Shown: positions 11,132 through 20,431 of the stretch, in pieces
Layout of the letters: every line of letters begins with the position of its first letter
How positions within the stretch are numbered: position 1 is the stretch's first letter
The notes under the pieces: generated by a model
Told to the model about the DNA's origin: nothing
The model's input: only the letters and a program-made list of their open reading frames with translations
Databases searched by the model: none
Translations under genes and position numbers: made by a program
Assembly (NCBI GenBank): GCA_963754315.1
Contig: CAVWFS010000010.1
Span: 78,527-142,526, forward strand
Length of the DNA stretch: 64,000 bases
Direction: 5' to 3'
Source: an uncultured Candidatus Rokubacteria bacterium
GTDB taxonomy: Bacteria; Methylomirabilota; Methylomirabilia; Rokubacteriales; CSP1-6

Positions 11132-11149
11132 CTGTCGTTCTGGGTGTGC

Positions 11150-12433
11150 TCAAGCAGCCGGAAGGCGGAGGCGACGCGCCGACGCGGAGCGGGGGTCCTT
11201 GTGAAATTCCCCGTTTTTCATGACGGCCAGGAGCCGCTTCTCGTCTTGGAGGAGTGCGATATGCGCCAGCGGATCGCCGTCCACGAGCAGGAGATCGGCC
11301 AGATACCCCTCCTTGACCTGACCGAGCTCGCCGCCTCTCAGCATGATCTGGCCGCCCAGCCGTGTCGCCGAGAGCAGCGCCTCCATGGGGGTGAATCCCA
11401 GGTATTTCACGAAGTACTCGAGGTCCTTGGCGTTGGTACCGTGCTTGATCCAGGCGAAGCCGTAGTCGCCGCCCGGCAGCACGCGTATGCCCCGCGCGTG
11501 CATCGTCTTGAGCGTCTGGCAGGCCACCTCCAGCTCGCGGTGATAGCCCATCGCCTTCGCCGCCTCGGGGGAAATGCCCCACTCGGCGGCGTGGTATGAG
11601 GTGTTGATGAGCCAGGCCAGGCCGGGGGCGACGAAGTGGCGGTCCTTGTGCGCTTCCAGCAGATCCAGAGCCTCCTGGTCTGCGAAGCTCGCGTGGTAGA
11701 TGATCTCGATGCCGTGGCGCACGCACTGCTTCACCGCCTCCGCCGACCGCGCGTGGGCCGACACGCGCTTGCCCCGCACGGTCGCTTCCTTCACGGCCAC
11801 CGCGATCTCCTCGTCCGTCATCGGCGTGAACTCCGCCGGGATGCCGGCGATGTACTCCCCGGACAGGTTGAGCTTCACGGTGTCCACGCCGTACTTCAGG
11901 AACAGGCGGACGGTCTTGCGCATCTCTTCAGGGCCGTTGACGATGGCGCCGAAGCTGAACTCGGGGTAGGGCAGATGCGGCAAGGTCTCGTCGCCGAGAC
12001 CGCCCGGCACTGTGATCTCCTGACTGGCCGCGAGATAGCGGGGGCCGGGGATCTGGCCCGATTCGATGGCGTTGCGAATGACCACGTCCAGGCGTGGCTT
12101 GGCGGTCGCCGCGCCCACACACGACGTCCACCCCATGTCGAGATACCGCTTGGCGATATGCGCGCACCACAGAATGTGCTCCTCGGTGGGCATGCGCTGA
12201 ATGGCGTTCAAGGTCGGTTGATCGTTCCAGGAGAAGTGGGTGTGGGCTTCGACCAGACCCGGCATGAGGGTGGCGCCGCCGCCGTCGATGGTCACCACGC
12301 CGCTCGTCGGCAGCGCGCGCGTACCCCGCACCACCCGTGCAATGCGGCTGCCCTGGATCAGGACTTCGCCGGGGTAGAGCTGGGCGCCGCTGCCGTCGAA
12401 GATCCGGACGTTCGTGAAGAGGACGTTGGCCAT
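11150..12433 (-). CDS. Metal-dependent amidohydrolase, paralog A
   Basis: MPGLVEAHTH, VKL, SAHA, IYHA, GGDYG; RBS AAGGAGGAGG before ATG at 12433. Confidence 0.88.
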   Translation of the reverse strand: MANVLFTNVRIFDGSGAQLYPGEVLIQGSRIARVVRGTRALPTSGVVTIDGGGATLMPGLVEAHTHFSWNDQPTLNAIQRMPTEEHILWCAHIAKRYLDMGWTSCVGAATAKPRLDVVIRNAIESGQIPGPRYLAASQEITVPGGLGDETLPHLPYPEFSFGAIVNGPEEMRKTVRLFLKYGVDTVKLNLSGEYIAGIPAEFTPMTDEEIAVAVKEATVRGKRVSAHARSAEAVKQCVRHGIEIIYHASFADQEALDLLEAHKDRHFVAPGLAWLINTSYHAAEWGISPEAAKAMGYHRELEVACQTLKTMHARGIRVLPGGDYGFAWIKHGTNAKDLEYFVKYLGFTPMEALLSATRLGGQIMLRGGELGQVKEGYLADLLLVDGDPLAHIALLQDEKRLLAVMKNGEFHKDPRSASARRLRLPAA

Positions 12434-12489
12434 ACCTCCTCCTTGAGGGCTCCCCGCCGGGCAGGGCACCGTTCCGGCAGCACCCCGAA

Positions 12490-12505
12490 TGAGACACGTG
12501 TCTCA
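12490..12505. promoter_or_regulatory. Perfect 16-bp palindrome TGAGACACGTGTCTCA, candidate TetR operator
   Basis: Exact palindrome just downstream of the predicted transcription start of the operon, next to the divergent tetR. Confidence 0.75.
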
Positions 12506-12517
12506 CGCGATTGTGCG

Positions 12518-12546
12518 AGACTAGGGGCCGTGTCGTCCTTTGTCAA
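12518..12546 (-). promoter_or_regulatory. Sigma-70 promoter TTGACA-N17-TAGTCT for the amidohydrolase/ABC operon
   Basis: Consensus -35, 17-bp spacer and near-consensus -10 on the minus strand. Confidence 0.75.
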
Positions 12547-12553
12547 GACGCTT

Positions 12554-13426
12554 GTGACCCGGCCACCGGCGGCCGGGCTGAGCCCGTTGCCCCCACCCCC
12601 GCGGGGAGCACGCCCCCGGACGTACCGTCGCCTGCTCGCGCAAGCGATGGTGCTCGTTCAGCGTGGCCGTATTCCATCGGTGCCAGAGGTGGCCGCAAAG
12701 GCGCACGTGTCCCGCGCGACCGCCTATCGGTATTTCCCGAGCCGCAGCGCGCTTGTGAGTGCCGTGGTCGCTGAGGCCCTGGCGCCCGTGCGACGCTTCG
12801 AACCGACACCGGCCGACGGCCTGGGCCGGGTGCGCGAGCTCTTCGACCGGACCTTTCCGTTGTTCCGTCAGTTCGAACCCCACATGCGCGCCGCGCTCCA
12901 GCTGGCCCTCGAGCACGAATCGCTCGAGCGTCTCGGCCGGCTGGAGGAGGAACCGTTCCGCCGTGGTCATCGTCGCTACATGCTGCACCGGGCGGCGGCG
13001 CCCCTGCGGGCCACCTTGGGACCACGAGCCTACGATCGCCTGTTGAAAGCCCTGTCCCTGGTGTACGGTATCGAGCCATACGTGGTGCTGCGCGACATCT
13101 GGGGAGCAAGTTATCGCGACGTCGAGACCGTCGCGCGCTGGATACTCGACGCGCTGATCGAGTCGGCACTGCGGCAGAGCGGCGGCGCGCGGGATCAGCG
13201 AGGGCGTCGGCGAGTCGAAGCAAAGCAGCATGTCCCACACGGCCGGAGCGGTCATTGTCAGAAGCGGGTAGTTGAAGTTAGAGCGGGCGCCTTGTCATCG
13301 GTCGCTAGGAGGGCATCATGGGACTTCTCGACGATTTGCTCGGCGGCATGCTCGGTGGGTCAATGGGCCAGGGGAGAGCCGCGCCGGTTCCGCCGCGCGG
13401 GTCGCCCCCTTCTGGGGGCGGGATGA
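12554..13426 (+). CDS. TetR/AcrR family regulator; true stop probably earlier (about 13200-13300)
   Basis: HTH PSVPEVAAKAHVSRATAYRYFPSR; the C-terminal run into the next gene suggests an indel. Confidence 0.82.
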   Translation: MTRPPAAGLSPLPPPPRGARPRTYRRLLAQAMVLVQRGRIPSVPEVAAKAHVSRATAYRYFPSRSALVSAVVAEALAPVRRFEPTPADGLGRVRELFDRTFPLFRQFEPHMRAALQLALEHESLERLGRLEEEPFRRGHRRYMLHRAAAPLRATLGPRAYDRLLKALSLVYGIEPYVVLRDIWGASYRDVETVARWILDALIESALRQSGGARDQRGRRRVEAKQHVPHGRSGHCQKRVVEVRAGALSSVARRASWDFSTICSAACSVGQWARGEPRRFRRAGRPLLGAG

Positions 13427-13920
13427 ACAACGTTCTGATGGCGCTGCTGCCGGTTTTGCTCTCGATGCTTGCCAGCCGCGGCGGCGGCTCCGGCCAGGCG
13501 GGCGGTGGCGGCCTCGGGGATATCCTGGGCCAGGTGCTCGGCGGCGGCGCGCCGCGCGGAGGGGGCGGAGGTCGCGGAGACGAGATGCTCGGCCGGCGCG
13601 GAGCAGGTGCGGGCAGCATGGGCGGCCTCGGTGCCTTGCTTGAGCAGATGCAGCAGGCCGGACTCGGCGATCAGGCTCGCTCATGGGTTGGAACAGGCCA
13701 GAACATGCCCATCTCGCCCGACGCACTGGATCAGATCTTCAGCCAGGGTGGGATCGATGAGATCGCGCGAAGAGCCGGCCTTACGCCGCGGCAGACCTCG
13801 GAGGGCCTCTCGCAGCTGCTTCCCGAGGTGGTTGATCGCGTCACCCCGGGCGGAGACGTGCCGGACATGGATCAGCTCGTCTCGAGCGTTGAAGACTTGC
13901 GCCGGCGCCTGGGTGCTTGA
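13318..13920 (+). CDS. YidB (DUF937) family protein
   Basis: MGLLD.LLG, Gly-rich region, GLGDQARSWVGTGQN.PIS, LLPEVVDRVTP.G. Confidence 0.88.
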   Translation: MGLLDDLLGGMLGGSMGQGRAAPVPPRGSPPSGGGMNNVLMALLPVLLSMLASRGGGSGQAGGGGLGDILGQVLGGGAPRGGGGGRGDEMLGRRGAGAGSMGGLGALLEQMQQAGLGDQARSWVGTGQNMPISPDALDQIFSQGGIDEIARRAGLTPRQTSEGLSQLLPEVVDRVTPGGDVPDMDQLVSSVEDLRRRLGA

Positions 13921-13943
13921 CCCCGACCGCGATCCGGTCGGGG
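13921..13943. terminator. GC-rich hairpin CCCCGACCG-N5-CGGTCGGGG between convergent genes
   Basis: Perfect 9-bp stem right after the stop codon; weak U-tract. Confidence 0.5.
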
Positions 13944-13957
13944 CTTAACCCCTTCGG

Positions 13958-14433
13958 TCAGCTACGTTGAGCGACCGGTCGAGCCGAGACCAGCTCCATG
14001 GCGTGCGTGTGGTCGGTGGCGCCGCCCGAGGGCCGAAAGCCCATCGTTTCGTAGAGCCGGGCTGCGGCGGGATTGAAGGTCCGCAGTCGGAGGCTGTCGA
14101 AGCGCCCCCGGGCGGCGGCAATCACTTCCATGACCAGGCGGCGGCCCACGCCCAACCGTCGGAACGCGGTGAGAACGTACAAGCGCCGTACCCGGCCGAC
14201 CTGCTGCGCCGTTGCGTAGGGATCGACGTTGAGCCCGCATACCCCGACCAGCTGCTCGCCGATCCAGGCGCCGAACAGCGCTTCGCCGGGTCGGTCGAAT
14301 CGATTCGTGCCGACTCGCCCACTCGTCGACGAGGCGGCGGACGAACCGAGTCCCGTCACGCTCGTCGTCCGCTAGGAGCGTCGCGAGGCCTTCGGGCAAG
14401 CGGATCGGCGAGACGATCGATGCGAGGGGTCAT
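13958..14433 (-). CDS. GNAT family N-acetyltransferase (frameshifted)
   Basis: NRFDRPGEALF, GVCGLNVDPY, GRVRRLYV...RRLGVGRRL; ATGA overlap with the upstream gene. Confidence 0.8.
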
Positions 14434-16025
14434 GGCGCGCTGGCCTCGCGCGAGAAGACCACCTCGCCGTCCACCATCGTCAACTCGGGGACGATGTCCT
14501 TGATGCGCGCCTCCTCGCACGTGAAGACGTCCTCAGAGAGAACGACCAAGTCGGCGCGCTTGCCTGGCTCAAGCGAGCCAAGCTCGTGCTCGCGCCGAAC
14601 CGCGTAGGCGTTCCACGTCGTGAACGCGCGTACGGCCTCCGCGCGCGTCATACACTGCCCGGGCTGCCAGTGCGGGTCGTCTCCCCCAAGCGGGCGGCGG
14701 GTCACGGCCGCGTAGATCCCGTGGAACGGATTGGCGTCTTCCACGGGGAAATCCGACCCCGCGGCGATGGGGGAACCGGTGGCGAGCAGGGAACGCCACG
14801 CATAGGCGCCAGCCAGCCGCTCGGGTCCCAGGCGCGCCTCGGCCCAGCGCATGTCCGACGTGCAATGGGTGGGTTGCATGCTGGGGATGACGCCGAGGCG
14901 GGCGAAGCGCGGAATGTCGGCTTGGGCGAGGATCTGCGCGTGCTCGACGCGCAGCCGGTGTCGCGCCCGCGCGGCGGGTGACGCTGCCCCCAGGGCGGTC
15001 TCGAACGCGTCGAGGACCAAGGTGTTCGCGCGATCACCGATGGCGTGGACGCACATTTGAAAGCCGTGATTCAGGGCCTCGCACGTCAGGCGTGAAACCT
15101 CATCCGGAGGTATCAGGATGAGCCCGCTGTTCGCCGCGTCGTCGCAGTAGGGGGTGTGGAGCGCGGCTCCCCGGGAGCCGAGCGCGCCATCCAGCCAGAG
15201 CTTGAGCGCGCCGATTACCACGCGCCCGTCGCCGATCGTCTCCCGTCCGTGCTCGCGGTAGTGAGCCCACGCCTTCTTCCCACTCACGGCGACGTCGTTG
15301 CGGAGGGCAAACTGTCCGCGCTCGACGAGGCGTCGATAGGCCGCGATCGTATCGAGGTCCACGCCCATCTCATGGATGCCGGTCAGCCCCTTGGCGAGGA
15401 CGTGCGCGATCGCCTCGCGGACGGCCTGCTCGAAGCGATCCGGCGATGGGGTGGGTTGCCGAGCGCGTACGAGATCCTGGGCCGTGTCGATGAGCAGGCC
15501 CGTGGGCTCGCCGTCCTCACGCTCTCACGATGCGGCCCCCGGCGGGATCGGCGAGCGAGCGGCTAATACCGGCATAACCAGCGCGGCCGAGTTCGCCCAG
15601 GTGGCGTGCCCGTCCACCCGCGTCAGGGCGACTGGATGCGTTGGCGCCACGCGATCGAGCGACGCTTTCGTGGGAAAGCGTTGACCCTCCCAGAGGGTCT
15701 GATCCCAGCCGCGGCCGGTCAACCACTCACCCGGGGCGGCTCGGCGGGACGCCGCCCCCACCAGGGCCGCCGCGGCTTCCTCCGACCTGACGCCGGCGAG
15801 ATCGATGGCGAGGCGGGCACGGGCAAGCAGCATGAGGTGTGCGTGAGCGTCGACGAGGCCGGGCAGGACGGCGCGTCCTCCAAGATCACGGACCTGTTCG
15901 CCGGCGGGCACGTTGATGTCCTGCCGCGATCCAGCGAAGACGATGCGACCGTCGCGCACCACCAGCGAATCGACCACGGAGCCGGCCGCGTCGAGCGTAT
16001 AGAATCGCCCTCCGGTCAGGAGCAC
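14430..16025 (-). CDS. Amidohydrolase_3 (YtcJ-like), frameshifted around 15370-15580
   Basis: PGLVDAHAH, GRGWDQ, RVDGH, LKLWLDGALGSRGA, HAIGDRAN, RVEHAQ, GSDFPV. Confidence 0.88.
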
Positions 16026-16147
16026 AACCGTCACCCTAGGACGGGCCGTATGACTGGTCAAGTGCCGAACCACCCGACCTGACGTAGACTTTGGCGATGC
16101 CTGACTATGGGCTCTGCGATGGGCTGCACGTCCCGGCCGAGAATCCC

Positions 16148-16816
16148 ATGGGGGACAAGAGCGGGCGGCAAGGGATCGCCGCCGTGGTCTTCGACTTGGG
16201 CGGCGTGGTCATGGACTCGCCCCTGCATGCGATCGCACGCTACGAGCGCGACCACCGCCTCACGCCGAACGCCATCAACCGGGCCATCGTGGCGGCCGGC
16301 GACGGCGGCGCCTGGTCGCGTCTGGAACGCGGGGAGCTCGGCCTCCCGGACTTCTTCCCGGCCTTCGAGGCGGACTGCCGCGCCCATGGCGTGGAGCTGA
16401 GCGGCGCTTGTGTTATGGCGTACATCGCGCAGGCAGGGGTACCGCGGCCGGGCATGATCGAGGCCATCCGGCGCATTCGCGCACACGACTTGCGCGTGGC
16501 CGCGCTCACCAACAACTGGGTGACGGACGAGGTGCGGCCAGGGCGGGCGGAGCTCCGCGAGCTCTTTCACGTCTACATCGAGTCGAGCGTGGTGGGACTA
16601 CGCAAGCCCGACCCGCGAATCTACGAACTCACGTGCCGCCAGCTGGGGGTGGCGCCGGCCCAGACGGTCTTCCTTGATGACATCGGGGGCAACCTCAAGG
16701 CCGCCCGTGCCCTCGGCATGACCACCATCAAGGTCGAGGATCCCCGCGTTGCATTGCGCGAGCTGAGCGCTGTGCTCGGCTTCGACGTGACCGGGTTGAC
16801 GTTCGGTCGGTGCTGA
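16148..16816 (+). CDS. HAD-family phosphatase (soluble epoxide hydrolase/ACAD10 N-terminal-like)
   Basis: VFDLGGV, LTNNW, RKPDPRIY, FLDD..GNLKAAR.LGM. Confidence 0.88.
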   Translation: MGDKSGRQGIAAVVFDLGGVVMDSPLHAIARYERDHRLTPNAINRAIVAAGDGGAWSRLERGELGLPDFFPAFEADCRAHGVELSGACVMAYIAQAGVPRPGMIEAIRRIRAHDLRVAALTNNWVTDEVRPGRAELRELFHVYIESSVVGLRKPDPRIYELTCRQLGVAPAQTVFLDDIGGNLKAARALGMTTIKVEDPRVALRELSAVLGFDVTGLTFGRC

Positions 16817-17964
16817 ACTTTTCATTCACACAAGAGCAGGAGGAGCTGGCGCGTACTCTCCGGGCCTTTGCCCGCAAGGAGCTGGCGCCCCGCTCGGCGC
16901 ACTGGGACAAGAGCGATGAATTTCCGTGGGATGCCTGGCGCCAGATGGGCGAGCTTGGCCTCCTCGGGCTGCGCGCGCCCGTCGACCTCGGGGGAGGGGG
17001 CGCGGATCTCGTTACCACCGGAATTGCCGTGGAGGAGATTGCCCGCGGTGATTTCGGGGCCACATACGGAATTCAGCTCGCGGCCTTCGCCGGCGAGATC
17101 ATCGGCGGAAATGGGGTCGAGGAGATCAGGCAGCGCTGGATCCCCCCGACTACACGGGGCGAGACGATCGTGGCCCTGGCCCTCACCGAGCCGAGCACCG
17201 GCTCCGACGCCGCCCACCTCGCGTGCCGGGCGGAGCGCGACGGCGGCGACTACGTACTCACCGGCGAGAAGTCCGGTATCAGCCTGGGCATGGCCGCCCA
17301 GGCGGCGATCGTCTTCGCTCGAACAGGCTCCGGGACCGGGTCGCAGGGAATCAGCGCCTTCCTGGTCCCACTCGATTCGCCTGGCGTTGCCCGCAGTCGC
17401 CTGCGCGACCTCGGTACTCACGTCATCGGGCGCGCCGTGCTCTCGTTCGATCATGTCCGGATCCCGGCCTCGCACCGTCTCGGGGCCGAGGGCACGGGGT
17501 TCCGTCAAGTCATGCAGGGGTTCGACTTCAATCGTGTGCTCATCGGCCTGGCCTGTCTCGGCGCCGCCCAGGTGTCGCTCGAGGAGACCATGACCTACGT
17601 CAAGGAGCGGCAGGCCTTTGGGCGCGCGCTGGCGCGCTTCGAGGGCGTGTCGTTCCCGATCGCGGAAGCGGCCACGCAGCTGGAGGCGGCCCGCTGGCTC
17701 TGCTACCGCGCGCTGTGGCTGGCCGATCGCGGCGCCCCCTACACGAAGGAGTCGGCCATGGTGAAGTGGTGGGTGCCGCGGCTGGCCGTCGACACCATCC
17801 ACCAGTGCTTGCTCCTGCACGGCCACTACGGCTACACGGACGAGCTTCCCTTCGAGCAGCGAATGCGCGACGTGATGGGGCTCGAGATCGGCGATGGCGC
17901 GGCGGCCATCATGAAGATCGTCGTGGCGCGGGAGCTGATTGGACGCGAGAGTCTGCCTTACTGA
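16810..17964 (+). CDS. Acyl-CoA dehydrogenase, cyclohexanecarboxyl-CoA dehydrogenase-like
   Basis: ALTEPSTGSDA, GEKSGIS, R.AFG, HGHYGY, RDVMGLEIGDG. Confidence 0.85.
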   Translation: MLNFSFTQEQEELARTLRAFARKELAPRSAHWDKSDEFPWDAWRQMGELGLLGLRAPVDLGGGGADLVTTGIAVEEIARGDFGATYGIQLAAFAGEIIGGNGVEEIRQRWIPPTTRGETIVALALTEPSTGSDAAHLACRAERDGGDYVLTGEKSGISLGMAAQAAIVFARTGSGTGSQGISAFLVPLDSPGVARSRLRDLGTHVIGRAVLSFDHVRIPASHRLGAEGTGFRQVMQGFDFNRVLIGLACLGAAQVSLEETMTYVKERQAFGRALARFEGVSFPIAEAATQLEAARWLCYRALWLADRGAPYTKESAMVKWWVPRLAVDTIHQCLLLHGHYGYTDELPFEQRMRDVMGLEIGDGAAAIMKIVVARELIGRESLPY

Positions 17965-18043
17965 TGGGGCGGGGCTGAACCCCAGCAACGACACGAGGGT
18001 ACAGCTGGTCGCTTGATGTCGCTCGCGATCGTGTGGCGTTCTC

Positions 18044-18988
18044 CTATTTGCGAGCCTCGAAGATGGCCCGGGGGTTCCGTACGAGCATCTGGTCGATCTG
18101 ATCCTCGCTGACGCCGGCCTGACGAAGGGCGGGGAGGATGTCGTCAGAAATGTGGTTGTAATGCCAGCGCGGCCGGGTCCGCCGCTTGTCGTCCTCGGAG
18201 AGCATGTCGCTCCAGCAGTTGGCATCGTGGGAGAGGACCATCTTGGGGGCGTAACCCTCGGAGCAGAGCCGGGCGAGCACCTCGACCCGCTTGGCGGTAG
18301 GCAGGAAGTGCTCCAGGCCGAAGCGGTCCATACCGATCGTGCTCCCCCGCTCCATCAGCCCGCGCAGATACGAGAGATCGTCGCTGTCGCCGCTGTGGCC
18401 GATGATGACGCGACTCAAATCGACGCCCTCCTGCGCGAAGATCGCCTGCTGCGCCTCGCCCGATCGGCCGGCGGCCCACGTGTGCGTCGAGATCGGCACG
18501 CCGGTCGCCTTCTGGGCGCGGGCGGAAGCGCGCAGGATGTTCTCGATCACCGGCGTGACACCCGCGGTGTCGGTGGCGCACTTGATGATAGCGGCCTTGA
18601 TGCCGCTCGCGCCGATGCCCTGACTGATGTCGCGAATGAACAGATCTGCCACCGCATCGACGCCGTGAGCGCTGAAGTACCGCTGGGGCATCCACCAGAC
18701 ACCGGTGGCCACGATCACGTGCACGCGCGATCGCCGGGCTACGTCGGCGATGAGGCCGATGTCGCGGCCGAGATCGACGGTGGTGAGATCGACGATGGAG
18801 CGGATGCCGCGGCTGTACAGGTCGGCCAGCTTCCGTTCAGCGATGGCCAGGATCGCCGCCCGGTCCCAGAGGTGGGGCCAGTTCTCCTGCACCCCGGGCG
18901 AGCGCGTGACGATGTGTTCGTGCATCAAAGTCGGGCCAAGCTCGGTCGTGGCCGTCGGACCGAGCGCGGTCTCCACCGTCGTTGCCAT
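18044..18988 (-). CDS. Phosphotriesterase-family (PHP/lactonase-like) hydrolase
   Basis: LGPTLMHEH, DLTTVDLGRD, IIKCA, ISTHT, IGHSGD, LSHDA; RBS GGAGG. Confidence 0.9.
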   Translation of the reverse strand: MATTVETALGPTATTELGPTLMHEHIVTRSPGVQENWPHLWDRAAILAIAERKLADLYSRGIRSIVDLTTVDLGRDIGLIADVARRSRVHVIVATGVWWMPQRYFSAHGVDAVADLFIRDISQGIGASGIKAAIIKCATDTAGVTPVIENILRASARAQKATGVPISTHTWAAGRSGEAQQAIFAQEGVDLSRVIIGHSGDSDDLSYLRGLMERGSTIGMDRFGLEHFLPTAKRVEVLARLCSEGYAPKMVLSHDANCWSDMLSEDDKRRTRPRWHYNHISDDILPALRQAGVSEDQIDQMLVRNPRAIFEARK

Positions 18989-19099
18989 GGTGTCCTCCCC
19001 TCCGGCTGTCACATTCGTCGCCATAGTAGTCGACCTGGGCTGGCCGCGTCCGGTGACACACACCTCGCCCCTACCCCGATGGGGTACCATGCAGCCGCC

Positions 19100-20422
19100 G
19101 TGGACGACCGATACGGGCTGCCGCTGACGACCGGTTCCCCTGCCGCCGCCGAGGCGTACGTTGACGGCGTTGACCGATTGCTGGCCGCGCAGGTGGGGGC
19201 GGAGACGGCGTTCGCCCGCGCCGTCGCGGCCGATCCCAGCTTTGCGCTGGCGCGCGCCGATCTGGCCCGCGCTCTCGCCCTCTTCGGACGTATCCCGGAG
19301 GCTCGGGAGGTCATCGCGCAGGCGCGGGCGGCGGCCGCGGCCGCCACGCCGCGCGAGCGCCGGCACGTGGAAGCCATCGGGCTCACGCTCGAGGGAAGGG
19401 CGGCCGAGGCTCTGGCCACGGTGCGGGCCCACGCGGCGGAATTTCCTCGCGACGCGGTGGTGGTATCGCTTGCTATCGGCGCCTTTGGGCTCATCAGCTT
19501 CTCCGGGCGTACCGCCCGCGATGCCGAGCTTCTGGCCTTCCTCGACGACCTCGCGCCTCACTATGCCGGCGACGACTGGTGGTTTCTGTTCGCCCACGGC
19601 TGGGCGCACACCGAGTCTGGCGCCCGGACGCGCGGGCGGAAGATGATGGAGCGAGCGTTCACCCTCAACGCGCGCAGTGCCCACGCGGTCCACGGTCTTG
19701 CCCACTGCTTTTTCGAGGCGGGTGACGCTGCCGGCGGGACCGAGTTCGTTGGCCCCTGGCTGGCGGACTACGATCGCGGCGGCCCGCTGCACTGCCATCT
19801 GGCCTGGCACCAGGCACTCTTCGAGCTGGCGGAAGGGCGTCCCGAGCGGGCCCTCGACCTTCATGCCGCTCATATGAGGGCCTCGGTTTCCCAGTCGCCG
19901 CCGCTCAATCTGGTGACGGACGGCGCTTCGTTCCTGTGGCGGCTCCGGATCTACGACGAGGCCGAGGGACGTCCCCCGAGCGTGCTTCCCTGGCCCGAGG
20001 TGGCCGAAGTTGCGCGGCGCGCCTTTCCACGGGCGGGAGCTCACTTCGTCGATCTGCACTGCGCCATCGCTTTCGCCGCCACCGGCGACAGCGCCGCGCT
20101 GGAGCAACGGCTACGCGAGCTGCGAGACTTGGAGACGGCCGGGCGCGCGCCGACGGGACCGGTGGCACGCGTGCTCGCCGAAGCGGTGGCCGCCTTCGCG
20201 CGGGGCGACCACGCTGGCGCCGCCGATCTCATGGAGCCAGTGGCCGCCGGGATCGTCAGGATCGGAGGAAGCCACGCCCAGCGTGAGCTGTTCGAGGACA
20301 CCTTGCTTGTGGCCTGGCTCCGATCAGGGCGGTTCGAGCGCGCGCGAACGCTCCTCGCCGAGCGGCTGGCGCGCCGGCCATCGACGCGCGATGCCGCGTG
20401 GCTGACCCGCGCGTCCGCGTGA
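19100..20422 (+). CDS. TTC38-like tetratricopeptide repeat protein
   Basis: DRYGLPLTT, HAVHGLAH, HCHLAWHQAL, IGGSHAQRELFEDT. Confidence 0.8.
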   Translation: MDDRYGLPLTTGSPAAAEAYVDGVDRLLAAQVGAETAFARAVAADPSFALARADLARALALFGRIPEAREVIAQARAAAAAATPRERRHVEAIGLTLEGRAAEALATVRAHAAEFPRDAVVVSLAIGAFGLISFSGRTARDAELLAFLDDLAPHYAGDDWWFLFAHGWAHTESGARTRGRKMMERAFTLNARSAHAVHGLAHCFFEAGDAAGGTEFVGPWLADYDRGGPLHCHLAWHQALFELAEGRPERALDLHAAHMRASVSQSPPLNLVTDGASFLWRLRIYDEAEGRPPSVLPWPEVAEVARRAFPRAGAHFVDLHCAIAFAATGDSAALEQRLRELRDLETAGRAPTGPVARVLAEAVAAFARGDHAGAADLMEPVAAGIVRIGGSHAQRELFEDTLLVAWLRSGRFERARTLLAERLARRPSTRDAAWLTRASA

Positions 20423-20431
20423 GCACATCGC

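Noticed and set aside
13480..13630. GGC-rich repeat-like tract
   Set aside because: It encodes the Gly-rich linker of the YidB protein and is not a DNA repeat element.
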